DNA from: Octopus bimaculoides
Taxonomy: Eukaryota
DNA: 64,000 nt
Direction: 5' to 3'
NCBI RefSeq assembly: GCF_001194135.2
Contig: NC_068981.1
Location: forward strand, 95,591,455 to 95,655,454
The notes under the pieces: model-generated
The model's database searches: none
The model's input: the letters and a program-made list of their open reading frames with translations, nothing else
Told to the model about the DNA's origin: nothing
In this document: piece by piece, positions 1-12,771 of the stretch
Layout: every line of letters begins with the position of its first letter
Position numbering within the stretch: the first letter of the stretch is position 1
Made by a program: the position numbers and the translations under genes

Positions 1-339
1 AGCTAAACGGCAGTAGTGTGTTCCCTTCTTGGGATTGTCACATTAAGTTGACAATACACTACAACTTTATATATTTATTATTTTAGTGAATTTAGAACTA
101 ATGGTTACATATGCAAGATAATTATGAAAAAAAAAAACACAAAACAAAACAAAAACATTTTTACAAAACATAACTGGTATAAAAACACAACATTGTAAAT
201 ATATACGAGAAATAAGTTATATACATAGACACACACATTATATATATATTCAGTATATAGACACTTAATGTTCCCGTGTCGGCGAAGTGATAACAGTTTA
301 ATTTTAGCGGTTAACGCATCTAAACTTTGCAAATGCATC

Positions 340-368
340 ACACTTTGATCTTAGCCAAAAGGCCGAGA
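340..368 (-). pseudogene. U2 snRNA 5' fragment (about nt 7-35)
   Basis: Minus strand TCTCGGCCTTTTGGCTAAGATCAAAGTGT matches the conserved U2 5' end. The rest of U2 is absent. Confidence 0.8.
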
Positions 369-404
369 TCAATCATTTGTAAATGTAACGGCAAGTTAAC
401 CGTC

Positions 405-664
405 GGAAGTGCCCCTGGACTGGCTCTTGTGCGGGTGGCACATAAAAGACACCATTTCGAGCGTGGCCGTTTTCGTGCGGGTGACACGTAAAAGCACCCA
501 CTACACTCTGAGTGGTTGGCGTTAGGAAGGGCATCCAGCTGTAGAAACTCTGCCAAATTAGATTGGAGCCTGGTGTTGCCATCCGGTTTCACCAGTCCTC
601 AGTCAAATCGTCCAACCCATGTTAGCATGGAAAGCGGACGTTAAACGATGATGATGATGATGAT
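405..664 (+). mobile_element. RTE 3'-end copy with (GAT)n tail
   Basis: gtggttggcgttaggaagggcatccagctgtagaaactctgcc...ggaaagcggacgttaaacgatgatgat, shared with the 55 kb LINE end. Confidence 0.88.
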
Positions 665-2384
665 NNNNNNNNNNNNNNNNNNNNNNNNNNNNNNNNNNNN
701 NNNNNNNNNNNNNNNNNNNNNNNNNNNNNNNNNNNNNNNNNNNNNNNNNNNNNNNNNNNNNNNNNNNNNNNNNNNNNNNNNNNNNNNNNNNNNNNNNNNN
801 NNNNNNNNNNNNNNNNNNNNNNNNNNNNNNNNNNNNNNNNNNNNNNNNNNNNNNNNNNNNNNNNNNNNNNNNNNNNNNNNNNNNNNNNNNNNNNNNNNNN
901 NNNNNNNNNNNNNNNNNNNNNNNNNNNNNNNNNNNNNNNNNNNNNNNNNNNNNNNNNNNNNNNNNNNNNNNNNNNNNNNNNNNNNNNNNNNNNNNNNNNN
1001 NNNNNNNNNNNNNNNNNNNNNNNNNNNNNNNNNNNNNNNNNNNNNNNNNNNNNNNNNNNNNNNNNNNNNNNNNNNNNNNNNNNNNNNNNNNNNNNNNNNN
1101 NNNNNNNNNNNNNNNNCCCCTCTCTCTCTCTATATATATATGTGTGACGGAAATCGAAATGTAACACATTTCACTAGATTCATGGTATACACAACAACCT
1201 AATCTCTCATGCATCTATTAATGTCCTTCCACCTCTTTCTGACCAGTCTGTATTCTCCTCCCCGATCTTTTCTTTCTTGCTTCTGCTGCCATATATTTCT
1301 CTCGCTTTCCCTCTCAAATTTTTCCCCTGAACCCTCGATCTTACTTTTTGTCCCCATCTCATTTTATACCTACTCTTTCACACTTTCTTTCCAATTCCTC
1401 TAAACGCTACAACCATCACTGGTGAGCCAAATTCCAAATTCTCCAATTACATTTAGCCTTCTCTATTGAAAATTCTGTTGAAGTCGAATGTTCTCTCCTG
1501 TTTGAGAGGAAAATTTATTCCACACCTCGTCTAAAGGCTATCGCACACATATAAGATGTATGCCTGCAGTCTTCCATCTCACTTCTATGTTATCTTCCAC
1601 ATTGTCCTTAAACATCCATCACCTCAGAGATATTTAGCATTACTGGTGTAACCAGAGCAGTACTATGGAATTTAAAGTCCTTGTACTTTAAACACACTGA
1701 AACTATGCTGATTCTGGTTGCTCAGGCTGATGAGAGGATTTCCATGTTTTTCTTTTCTGTTGATCATTCCCATGTCCCATTTCAATACTAGATTCGTGGC
1801 GCACACAGCATCCTAACTGTAGCATCTATATAAGGGCGATGAACATCTTTGTGCTCACCAGCAACATTAGTAATGTATGGCATTTTCTTCAAAGCAGGTT
1901 AGTTTTGAGCTCATGTGGCTTGAACTGCTTGTGGTGTATTTACTTTTTTAACCCTTGTTTCTGAATAGTGGCCAACTTCATGACTTTTCATTTGTATTGT
2001 CCTGGACATGACATTAAACTGCAACCGGTGGTAAGGTTCCAGTTCAGGAGAGCATGAAGTCACCCTTTAATTACCATTAATCCTAGGTCTGTTCTGACCA
2101 GGAATAGTAGTATCTGTCAAGGTCCCACCTATTAAATAGATTTTTGTTCAAGCAAACTGAGGCTCCTTAGGTATGGTGAAAGCAATCAATCTAGGAGAAG
2201 GAAAACTCCAAAATTAGCACCTTTTCCCAACATGCCATAAGCCAGCACAGAAAAGTATGGCTCATAAAGCTCACGAGGCATTTCATGTTGGTGCACATCT
2301 ACCGCAGGCAAAGATAACGGAGAATGATGATTATATTATTTAAAAAAATTTAATCTTAACATTCAACAATGCAAGTATTTAAAG

Positions 2385-2820
2385 AACAGTTGTTGTTGTT
2401 GGCACTCCGTCGCTTACGACGTCGAGGGTACCAGTTGATCCGATCAACAGAACAGCCTGCTCGTGAAATTAACGTGCAAGTGGCTGAGCACTNNNNNNNN
2501 NNAGAACAGCCTGCTCGTGAAATTAACGTGCAAGTGGCTGAGCACTCCACAGACACGTGTACCCTTAACGTAGTTCTCGGGGATATTCAGCGTGATACAG
2601 TGTGATAAGGCTGACCCTTTGAACTAAAGGCACAACAGAAACAGGGAGTAAGAGTGAGAGAAAGCTGTGGTGAAAGAGTACAGCAGAGTTCGCCACCATC
2701 CCCTGCCGGAGCTTCGTGGAGCTTTAGGTGTTTTCGCTCAATAAACACTCACAACACCCGGTCTGGGAATTGAAACCGCAAGTCTGCTGCCCTAACCACT
2801 GGGCCATTGCTCCTTCACTT
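2385..2820 (-). mobile_element. tRNA-head SINE with (CAA)n tail
   Basis: Minus-strand head has a B-box-like ggtttcaattcccagacc. The 3' end is ...cggagtgccaacaacaac. Confidence 0.7.
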
Positions 2821-3306
2821 AAAGAACAGAAGTATGTGATAATGTGCACTCTCGATTGTCATCGATATCCTTCCATAGATAAAGTTGGTGGTGGGAAACC
2901 AATAAGATCAGGTAGCACTAAACTGCTAAACATTAATCACAGAAATTTAATTACAAATGATGCTATATTTACAAAAATATTACAATTGTAGAAAGATTAA
3001 AATGTTTTAATTATTTTATCACAAAATTTACAGCAAAACAGAGTTTGCATTTACTGTTTCTCAGTCTGTGAGATAAACGCATTCTCCTAAATACATTCAC
3101 TGTCACTCTCTATTAATCGTTTGACAGCCTTCTATTTGCATCTTCTTTGTGGGACAGTAAACAAAAGCAATAAGTTCATTATTTGTGCTTGCACGTCAAT
3201 GTATTTTACACACACACACATATTACTCATTGTCAGTGGTTAGCAATCTTAAAAGTACAATAAATGATTCATTTCAAACCAAGGTAAATTTCTTTGAACA
3301 TTCGAA

Positions 3307-3348
<42 letters not shown>

Positions 3349-3358
3349 NNNNNNNNNN

Positions 3359-3399
<41 letters not shown>

Positions 3400-5640
3400 G
3401 TTGTTTGTTGCAAAGGCATGAATATATTTAAGCTATTTAACTAGAGCTGCCAAATTTCACTTAATAAATACGTCAGCGGAAGTAAGAATAGTACTTTCAT
3501 TGGCCCATCTGTACATTGAATCGAATCCATGTTTTAAAGACATTCCACACAACCACCTAGAAACACAAATGCTCATTTTCAGCATAGCAGCTTATGTTAA
3601 GTGCCTTGCTTTTATAACTATCAGACAAGTAACTATGTGTTCAGTGTTTTATTTTATGATGCTGTGTCCGTAATCAAAACACTCAAATCTCAAATGGTTT
3701 AATCTAGCCATAAATAGGTTCCATGTGATAGGAACATGCTACTGTAAGCAGTAGAAGCATTGCTAAATTTAACTCCTTAGGACCTGAGGAAATCTAGTTC
3801 TTCACAAAAGATCAGAGTTTCTCAGGCTTCTTGCAGAATCTAACTGGATTCTAGTTCTAATTCCATACTTTATGTGATGGCTGGTGTGCAATAAACCATT
3901 TAAAATTGAATTTAAATGCAACCATCATCTTTGGATATCTTCACGAAAGAAGAAATCTTTCAAAGTAGTAATGTTAAAGTATACAGAAAATATACTGCTC
4001 TATAAATATTTAACAAACCCTATAATAAGATTAATTATAGGAGAATTGTTCTTTTTTCAGTTATGCTGTAAAATGATCAAGATGCTTAATTCACAACAGC
4101 TGTGTTCACCTTAATATGAAAACATGCATGATTCTGACTAAATCCAAAATACTTGAGATTGAACAAACTGAAACTGTGATCCACTAGATACCATTAATTT
4201 TTTCTTCTAATTCCAGACAAAGGCAAAATAGTGTTACATAATACTTATTTTCATATAGTAGAAAAAACAAAAAGAAAAAAATTAATGCTATTCTTTAAGT
4301 TTCATGTTGCCAAATTGTATTCTCTTATGGATTTTTAGCAAACAATTTTAAGTAATGGTTACTGAATTATGTGATAGCAATGGTAAAATATGGTGAACAT
4401 CTGATTTTACATATACATGATGAAATATCAAATACTGTTAGGAAATTCATATGTACACATATAATATATAAAGAAAAGCAAGCAAGGGTTGGCGACAGGA
4501 AGAGTAAGCTGTAGAATCCTACTGCTTCACATTAGTCTCCATCCAACTCAGGCTTGCAAGGAAAAATAGACATTAAATGAACAAATACACACATAACTGT
4601 TCTCTCTCTCTCTGTGTGTGTGTGTGTGTGTATGTGTAAAAACAAGGCACCTGAAATAGTACATAAATTAAACTGTTTTGATACTGTATGAGACTTCATT
4701 ACTATTAAAAGAAGTCTGGACAGTAAATTAACAATTGTCATAACCAAAGAAGTAACGAGACAAGAAAAAAAAAATAATAAAGAAGTCTTTGGTGATGTCA
4801 GTGTAGAAAAGAGAAATATGTAAGAAATAAACTATTCTGATATGTAGATGGTTTATATTCATCTTACCAAAATCAACTTAGGTTGTTTCTTTTGCTTTTT
4901 AAGTTGAACATGAGCAAATTAATTATTGAAGCAATTCTTTTTTATAGCCAGATCCCTCTTATCACCACACAAAAAAAAAAAAAGAAAAAACAATAATAAT
5001 AGTAATAATGGTTTCAAATTTTGCCACAAGGGCACCCATTTTGGGGATGGGATGAGTCGATTACATTGACCCTAGTGTTTCACTGGTACTTAATTTACTG
5101 ACCCCGAAAGGATGGAAGGCAAAGTTGACCTTGGCAGAATTTGAACTCAGAATGTAGCAGCAGATGAAATACTGCAAAGCATTTTGCCCATGTGCTAATG
5201 ATTCTGCCAGCTCACCACCTTAATAATAATAATCATCAACCAAAGAATGGATGACATCAATATTCAGTGAGGTTGCCTGATGTCAGCACGGAACTATCTT
5301 GCCTCCAGTGTACTGCATGGAGCTTTTTTACAACCACAGCATCTAAGATGGTAACTACAAATGGCTAGAGTATAACATATATCCATATTATACTTCTTAC
5401 AATGACACAAGCACAGTACTTGTAGGAAGAAATATAATTAATTGAACAAACCCCAGCATGTTATTGAAACTAATGAGATATCATATATTTAGATATATTA
5501 ATTTGCCACTACACATAAATGTAATTTGAATTAATGAATCTTAAATTAATTAAAAAAAAGAAAAAGGAATATTTTTATTTTCACGCAAGCTATTCATCTT
5601 ATTCATAACCACACGCGCACACACACACACACACACACAC

Positions 5641-5800
5641 AGAGTGGTTGGCATTAGGAAGGGCATCCAGCTGCAAAAACTTTGCCAGTTCAGATTGAGA
5701 CTGGTGCAGCCTTCTGGCTCACCAGTCCTCAGTCAAACCGTCTAACCCATGCCAGCATGGAAAGTGGACGTTAAACGACGATGACGATGATGATGATGAC
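5641..5800 (+). mobile_element. RTE 3'-end copy
   Basis: Same tail family with a (GAC/GAT)n end. Confidence 0.85.
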
Positions 5801-6046
5801 TCCCAAGTGAAAACTCAATCAGTCAAAATTATATGTCTTAACGATCAAAGTAACGACAAGTTGAATGCTTTCACCTGAAAGCCACTGTAATTACCGTAAA
5901 TTTACAATAAAAACATTTAGGAACCCTAACTGTTATAAATTTACTATCATTCAGAGACTGATAAAGGGAAGGTGAGGGTCCAAATAGAGTAAGAAATTGA
6001 ACAGGGGTCAGGATAAAATAAAAACACAGCAAGATTAGTATAGAAT

Positions 6047-6052
6047 TTTATT
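6047..6052 (-). promoter_or_regulatory. AATAAA polyadenylation signal candidate 1 nt after the stop codon
   Basis: Minus strand reads GTC TAA c AATAAA. Another AATAAA lies at about 5574-5579. Confidence 0.35.
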
Positions 6053-6053
6053 G

Positions 6054-7021
6054 TTAGACAATAGTCTCCTCCAAACACTCATCTTCCAAGTCAGCATCGT
6101 AAGTTTCATCCAAGTCATCGTCAGTTCCATGAAGTAAAAAAAATGGTTCAGCATCAGGCTCCAAATAATCGAGATCAACCGGGTTGTAGCCAGGTTCTAC
6201 ATTGTCCAACCAGTTCTGCACGCGTTGCAAGCAATCTTCTTCATACACTTGCTCTTCTGTGAGTGATGTGGAATGTCTACGGTCACGCAGATTGGGGTGT
6301 AACATTTGCCAGTGGGTCGGGAAATTGGGAGCAGAAGCTGGAGATCGTAGCGCTGCACGATCAACAGCAGGAGCAGACTCCAAATCTGAGATGCTTTCAT
6401 TTGTATTTCCAGGGGTTAGGGGTATGATGATGTGATGAGTGGGCGGTTGCAGGCGATGCATTGATTCTGTACTGCACACTTTGTCACCAATATTGGTGTT
6501 GGTAGCATGTGGAGAGGTGAGTGGTTCACACTCAGTGCCATTATGGCTTTCCCAAGGAGGAGGTAAAGAAACCTGCTGTGATTCTTGTTCAGCAGCAGAA
6601 TGAGCTGGCAAGAAAGAAGGACTTTTAGCTGCTTCTTCTTCATGACTCTGTTTGTTTGGGAAAACTGAAAAGATAGAAGGTCTAGCTAGATTGTTTTGAC
6701 CCATAGTCAGAGTATCCTCAGGTGATAGGTATGGTGAACCAGTCTCTTTAAGGCGATGATATAGGAGGTTGTTCACCCAAGATGGAAACTCAGCAGCCTG
6801 AGGTTCATCTTCACCAACGTTCATAACCAACCTACCAGCCAGAGGTTCTCGGACTGACTGTCGTTTCCATGGTAAACTAGTTTCAGCCAAAGTTTGAAGT
6901 GTTTCTTCTTCACCCTGTTCAGGGTTTACCTCTGTAACTTTTTCAGAACACCTCCATGGTAAAGTTTTCTCAGCAATAGTTTCTCCAGCCACAACAGGAG
7001 ACGGTGAGAAACACCTCTCTT
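6054..7021 (-). CDS. Terminal coding exon of an unidentified gene (acidic/Ser-Pro-rich disordered tail ending ...EDECLEETIV*)
   Basis: Long open frame (ORF 6054-6992) extends to acceptor ttattctattgcag|AA GAG AGG at 7022-7023. Phase 1 matches the 7136 donor. Stop TAA at 6054-6056. Confidence 0.9.
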
Positions 7022-7135
7022 CTGCAATAGAATAATTAATATTATTATTACTACTAGCTTTATTAGAGTTTTAAAATTAATAAATTAAATACAGGCAATA
7101 AAATTAGCAGCCAAAATAAATAGTAACATATTTAC

Positions 7136-7222
7136 CAGGAAGCGGAGGCTTGTAGCGAAAACCTAAAGAATCTTTGGTATATTCCATGTCATTTTCAGCA
7201 TTTTCACAGGATTTTGTTGAAA
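7136..7222 (-). CDS. Internal coding exon (87 nt, phase 1-1): STKSCENAENDMEYTKDSLGFRYKPPLP
   Basis: Acceptor tttttttttag at 7223-7224, donor CTG|gtaaat at 7130-7135. Open frame, in phase with both neighbours. Confidence 0.85.
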
Positions 7223-8329
7223 CTAAAAAAAAAAAAAACCAACTTACTAATAAATCATGTAAGTTTAAAATGAAGCACACAATAGTTAAGATAAACATGG
7301 GTATTTCATGTGAGTTTGGGGGCTTTAAGAATGATACATGAACCAAGTTGACAAAAGAGAGGTTTAAGAATGGCTGTTCATGGAAATGTTCATATAACAA
7401 TCTGTAGAAGATTGAGAAGAAATATCTCACCAGTTATACTCTTGTCAGATCTCTATATATTATGCTCTTCATTAACTTCTCTTCCCTATTTACTATGAGC
7501 AGCTTTCCTATTAAGGCATGGTATTTGATTTGATCTGTTCCTATTCAAATTCTCCAGTCACCCTTTTATTTCATTACCTCTCTTTCATCTCACTAACACT
7601 ACTTCTTGTCCACTTCATACTATCACTACCTTTTGTAATAATCACTCCACCTTAGTAAACCCTTCATTGACATCTACCACTTTCACTCAATACAGCCCAT
7701 CTCTATAGCTATCCCTCACTCACTCTCTTTTACCATCACCCAACCTTATGGCCATCCCATCACACAGCTCATATTTTTCTATTCAATTTCTTTATCATCA
7801 ATCAATACATAGCTAATACTGTTTCTCTCTCATTTCTCTCTCTCTCACTCCTATCACATTCACACATGCAACACTCACTTCCTCCTCAATCATCACTTGT
7901 TCAGTTACATTTAAAAGAACAGAGATAATGCAGAGCAAAGGGAACAAGAACTCTCTAGTTTTGCAGGGGACAAGACAATCTTTAATGCATCCAAGGCACT
8001 CTGTAAAGAGATTGGTGTTAAGAGGAGCAACAAGATGTAGAAACTGTGCCAAAATAGGACACAGAAGAGGGTTGGTGATAGGGAGGGCATCTGATCATAG
8101 AAAATCTGCCTCAATAAACTCCATCTAACCCATGCAAGCATGGAAAAGCAGACATTAAAACAATGATGCTTTAATCACATGAGCAAAAGCAAAGAAACCA
8201 ATTATATGATTTTAAGAATAAAGATATTCTAGTGTTATCATTTAAACTAAATATGGAACTAGACCATCATAGCCCTAATAAACAGCAAAATGACTATAGA
8301 TTTCACACATCTCATGCAACAATACTTAC

Positions 8330-8666
8330 TGTTCAGCTGTTCCCATTTTTCTCCCTCCTCACCAGAAACTTCAGCAGAGCAGTTCTGAAGCTGTTTGGGA
8401 GTTGCGAGGAGGTAGTTCCTGGGAACATCATCTGTTTCATCGTTCAGGTTCTTCAAAAATTTCTCAGTTTGGCCAGCTTCGGAGGATTCTACAACTGCCT
8501 GCTGAGTGATAATTCTGTCTTCTTCAATTTCAACTTCCTCTCTGCCATCATCTTTACAAGGGGAATGATTAGAACACAACTTTTCTAGTTGTGTACAAAG
8601 TTCCTGGTGAAAAATTGCATAATTTGACTGCCTTGAAGCAGCAGAGTTCTTTTGAAGCTTGGACCA
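8330..8666 (-). CDS. Internal coding exon (337 nt, phase 0-1): WSKLQKNSAASRQSNYAIFHQELCTQLEKLC...EKWEQLN
   Basis: Strong pyrimidine tract ttttcttttcatttgtgctttcag at 8667-8668, donor ACA|gtaagt at 8324-8329. A weaker in-frame acceptor exists at 8604-8605. Confidence 0.85.
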
Positions 8667-8987
8667 CTGAAAGCACAAATGAAAAGAAAAGAAAAAAAAA
8701 ATGAAACAATATCATTACTAAAATTATTAGTCAGAGAAACATTAAAATATATCAATAAAGTATGATACATCCATTTTGAAAAACAAATTAATAAAGAGAA
8801 ATAAAACAGTGTATGCATACATACACTCATTTTGAGGCTGTGTGAATCAATGCAACTAAATAGCAAAGAGCTGAATCATCAACTGATTCAAAATAAATAT
8901 AAACCCTACATCATATAGACTACTCATTCCTTTGTTTCTACATAAAAAACACTATATTTCAAAATGTGAAATAACTTTGAATTACTC

Positions 8988-9600
8988 ATCATCATCATCG
9001 TTTAACGTCCGCTTTCCATGCTAGCATGGGTTGGACGATTTGACTGAGGACTGGTGAAACCGGATGGCAACACCAGGCTCCAGTCTGATTTGGCAGAGTT
9101 TCTACAGCTGGATGCCCTTCCTAACGCCAACCACTCAGAGAGTGTAGTGGGTGCTTTTACGTTAGGGTGTGGCACTTTTTCACGCAGCTATCCTCCTCCA
9201 TTCTCACCACATGTCCATACCAGCGCAATCGTCTCTCTTGCACGCCACAACTGATGCTTCTAATGTTCAGCTTTTCTCTCAAGATACTTACACTCTGACG
9301 GGTATTCACATTGACATTACACATCCAACGGAGCATACTGGCTTCATTCCTTGCGAGCTTACGTATGTCCTCAGCAGTTACAGCCCATGTTTCACTGCCA
9401 TGTAGCATGGTTGTTCGTACGCATGCGTCATACAGTCTGCCTTTTACTCTGAGTGAGAGTCCCTTTGTCGCCAGCAGGGGTAAGAGCTCTCTAAACTTTG
9501 CCCAGGCTATTCTTATTCTAGCAGCTACACTTTCAGCGCACCCACCCCCACTACTAACTTGGTCGCCCAGATAGCGGAAGCTATCGACTACCTCAGTATT
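8988..9600 (-). mobile_element. Short RTE copy: RT C-terminal fragment fused to the 3' tail by an internal deletion
   Basis: Encodes ...ARIRIAWAKFRELLPLL...MLHGSETWAV...RRLRWYGHVVRM. Junction at about 9162 skips about 740 bp present in the 55-57 kb copy. Confidence 0.9.
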
Positions 9601-11466
9601 AATAAATTAATTATTAACAAGTAGATATAATAAACATCCACCAATAGATGTAAACAGCATAAACCTATAATAATAGACTGAACAAAGCAATTAGTCAGAT
9701 AAGAAAATTACTGTAATTCACAGAAAAAATAAACTGATAAATGTCAGAAATAAAAACAAAATGAATATTGCTGCAGTTACTAATCTAATTTTGTTACTTC
9801 TTAGGTAATCTATTACAGATACCAACTTTAATTATAATACTGAATGGTACTTTTTGAAACAAAAAGACAACTGAAAAGTGCATCAGTTGCACATTAAGAT
9901 TAAATCAGATGTACCTGCTCTATAAGAGAGTATAGCTTTCCTTTAAATTCTAACATTCCATTTAGGATTATCCAAAGAACCAACTGTGAAGCTTCTGCAT
10001 GTTTTGATTTATATAGACATGTACATGTTGGTTACACAGTGAAATATTTGTACGATAACCTCCATGTTTATAGCAAAGAACTTTTTCCTTGATCTGTGAC
10101 TTAATTGTGGAAGGATTATATTTTAATGTTACTATAATGTAAAAGTTTCAAAGTAACTGCCGATAATATACACAATATATTTATGTAAATATCTTTTGAA
10201 AGATAATAAGCATAATTGCATGTACACTTTCAAAATTACAAATGCAATTTTATGAAAAAGTGTTTAAAATCCAAATATTATGAAAACAATTATTGCTGAA
10301 GAAAAACAATAAAACTATATTTCAGTTATAAAGCTCATTAAAAATGTATAACACTTGTAACAATAATAGGCTGGGATAAAACATTCACTGTGAGAAAACC
10401 GCTTCCTTTGAGATATTTGAAGACAGTTAATGATAATCAGAAGGTGCACAAGTTATGCATTACTAGGGAATCACTCCTATGGTCAAGAAAATTATTTTAA
10501 TGTTAAGTAAGCTTTAGTTTGTACAACACAGACATATTAATGCAAAACAGAATGTAAATTTGTTGAAAATATATATCATACAATCACCACTTTACAGAAC
10601 TATTTGAATATTAATGTAGGTATTTTATATTATGGTAGATGAAATAATTTTTATGTATGTGATTTAATTTCAAAGAAATTTATTTGCCTATCTTATATCA
10701 AAATATCCAAATGTCTTTACTATTACTTGACAATAATACAAAGAATATACCAGAAAATCTATCAGCATAGATAATAGACAAAACTTTATATAAAGAGGGA
10801 AAGTTCTATGATGAACATTGGCTGAACATATAGTGGTAACGATAAGTGTAATAAAAATTTATGGACCCAACTGAAAATGATAAAGCAAAAATTATACAAC
10901 TCTGGATTTTATCTATAAAAAACAGTTTTATAGCATTTTATTGTTGTGCCCGAGAAAAGTACAGCCAAATGGAACAAAACCATGCACCTTAGGCTGAAAA
11001 GAGTTAACAGGGATAATATGGCACATATGAAATGTTAACTGTTAGAGGATAGTGAAACATTGCATGGCTTTCATCAGTGTTGAAGTTGACAATTTATACA
11101 AAATAGAAAGTTATATTTGCAGTACTAGAGGGGAAGAAATTGCAAAACTGAGCCTGTAATGGCAGATTATAACTCAAGGAAGATATCTTCTGATACCATT
11201 AATTGACTCGTGCATCACTCCAAATAGAGCTATAACCCAGTGGAGAAAAAATTGGTATGTAGTAGTCAATAGTTGGTCAGAATCCCAAATACAAAAGTAA
11301 TTCCCTAATGGACTGGCAGAAAGTCAGAAAGGATAAAGATGAAATGGTTAAAAGAGCTAATTTTATCATGTACTGCTTGACAGTAGTAAAAAAGATCTGA
11401 ACTTAAAGGATAACTTAAGTTATGAACATTTTGACAAAAGTCCATTGGTGACAAGAAGCAGAAACA

Positions 11467-12102
11467 CAGTAATGACTCGCCATATCACGGTTTACCTATC
11501 GTGCCCTCAGTACATCACATATTGTTCTGGCTAATATATGTGAATTTATATCGCAGCTCCTCAGTATATCGTAGGTTTCTGCAGCTGATAGGTATTTATA
11601 TTTTTTTAGATAATTATTTCTGTGACAAAATAAGTATTTTCACACCTAAAAATTAATAAATTAACCCTTTCATTACCAACCCTTGTTCTGAATACAAATG
11701 TCTTGTTTTCATAAGTTTTCAATTAAAATCTTCCACCAAACCTAAATCACAATTTATGTTCCTAACACTAGCTGAATGATAACCAAGATATTTTACTAAA
11801 TTCTTTGTTATATTTAAAGTAACACAGAGCATCTCAAAATAAATACAGTAATGAAAGGGTTAATAAATAAAAATACAGTACAGTACGTAGTGTACTGTAC
11901 CATAGATGAGTAAACAAAAAAATGCACATACTGTATGGAAAACGAAACTTGGGAGGCAAATGTGTTTTGCATTTATAATAAAATAAATATATACAAGTTA
12001 TAAAAATAATAAAAAATATACAGTACTCTTTCTACTTCATGGATTTTCACCTATCGCGGTGGAGTTTGGAACATAACACCTTCAATAGTCGAGGGATTAC
12101 TG
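11467..12102. mobile_element. Tc1/mariner-like MITE of the same family carrying a nested insertion
   Basis: Left end cagtaatgactcgcc, right end cgagggattactg|ta. Confidence 0.7.
11665..11859. mobile_element. piggyBac-like MITE
   Basis: TTAA|CCCTTTCATTAC...GTAATGAAAGGG|TTAA: perfect 12-bp TIR and TTAA duplication. Confidence 0.88.
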
Positions 12103-12771
12103 TATAACAAATTTTATGTTGATTTCTCTATGTTGATATTGAAACAGAAGGGCAACTAAGTAGGGAAAATATTGTTTTGGTAGCAGAACAGCTGAAGATG
12201 TGTTTGGTAGTGCATTGTTTGCTTTCTTATCTATCTTGTGACAATTTCAGAGAGTGACTAAAGACTATTAGCTTACCTAAGTATTCTCCCATCTTTTGAA
12301 GCCAATTTTTAAAATTATTTTTATCATTTTGTATAGGGATGTTGTATTTATCGGGAAAGTATTTAAGATGAAACATTTACAATACTTGAAAGAGTGAGGG
12401 ATTAATTGAACACATGGAGAATTATATTTGTTGTATATTGAGAGATTTAATGATGTTAAACTTAAAACTTGTTAAGAGTAATCTGCATTAAAGTGCTAAT
12501 AAACTGACATATTGAACAGGAAAGCTTGAGAGTAATGATGATGATGTAAAGTCCAGAGAGATGGATAAAGCATGTTACAATAAGTGAAAAGCTAAATTTG
12601 AGTGCTTGAGAATTGATTAGGTATATGAGGAGTCTGGTATGAGCAGGTATATTTCTTTAGAGTAGGAAAAGTTTCATTTGGTTTGTGAGTGGAATGAGAT
12701 AACCCAAGAAAGAATAATAGGCTTTAAAGTCTCAGAACAGAATTAACATGGCATGGCTATAAGCATTGATG

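Noticed and set aside
603-1214. Long ORFs spanning N-runs (also 29558-30166, 41692-42805, 51235-52209)
   Set aside because: They are open only because of gaps and microsatellites.
2447-2550. Duplicated 45-nt sequence either side of a 10-N gap (likewise about 29565-29640 versus 29937-30030)
   Set aside because: Typical unmerged contig overlap at gaps, so an assembly artefact.
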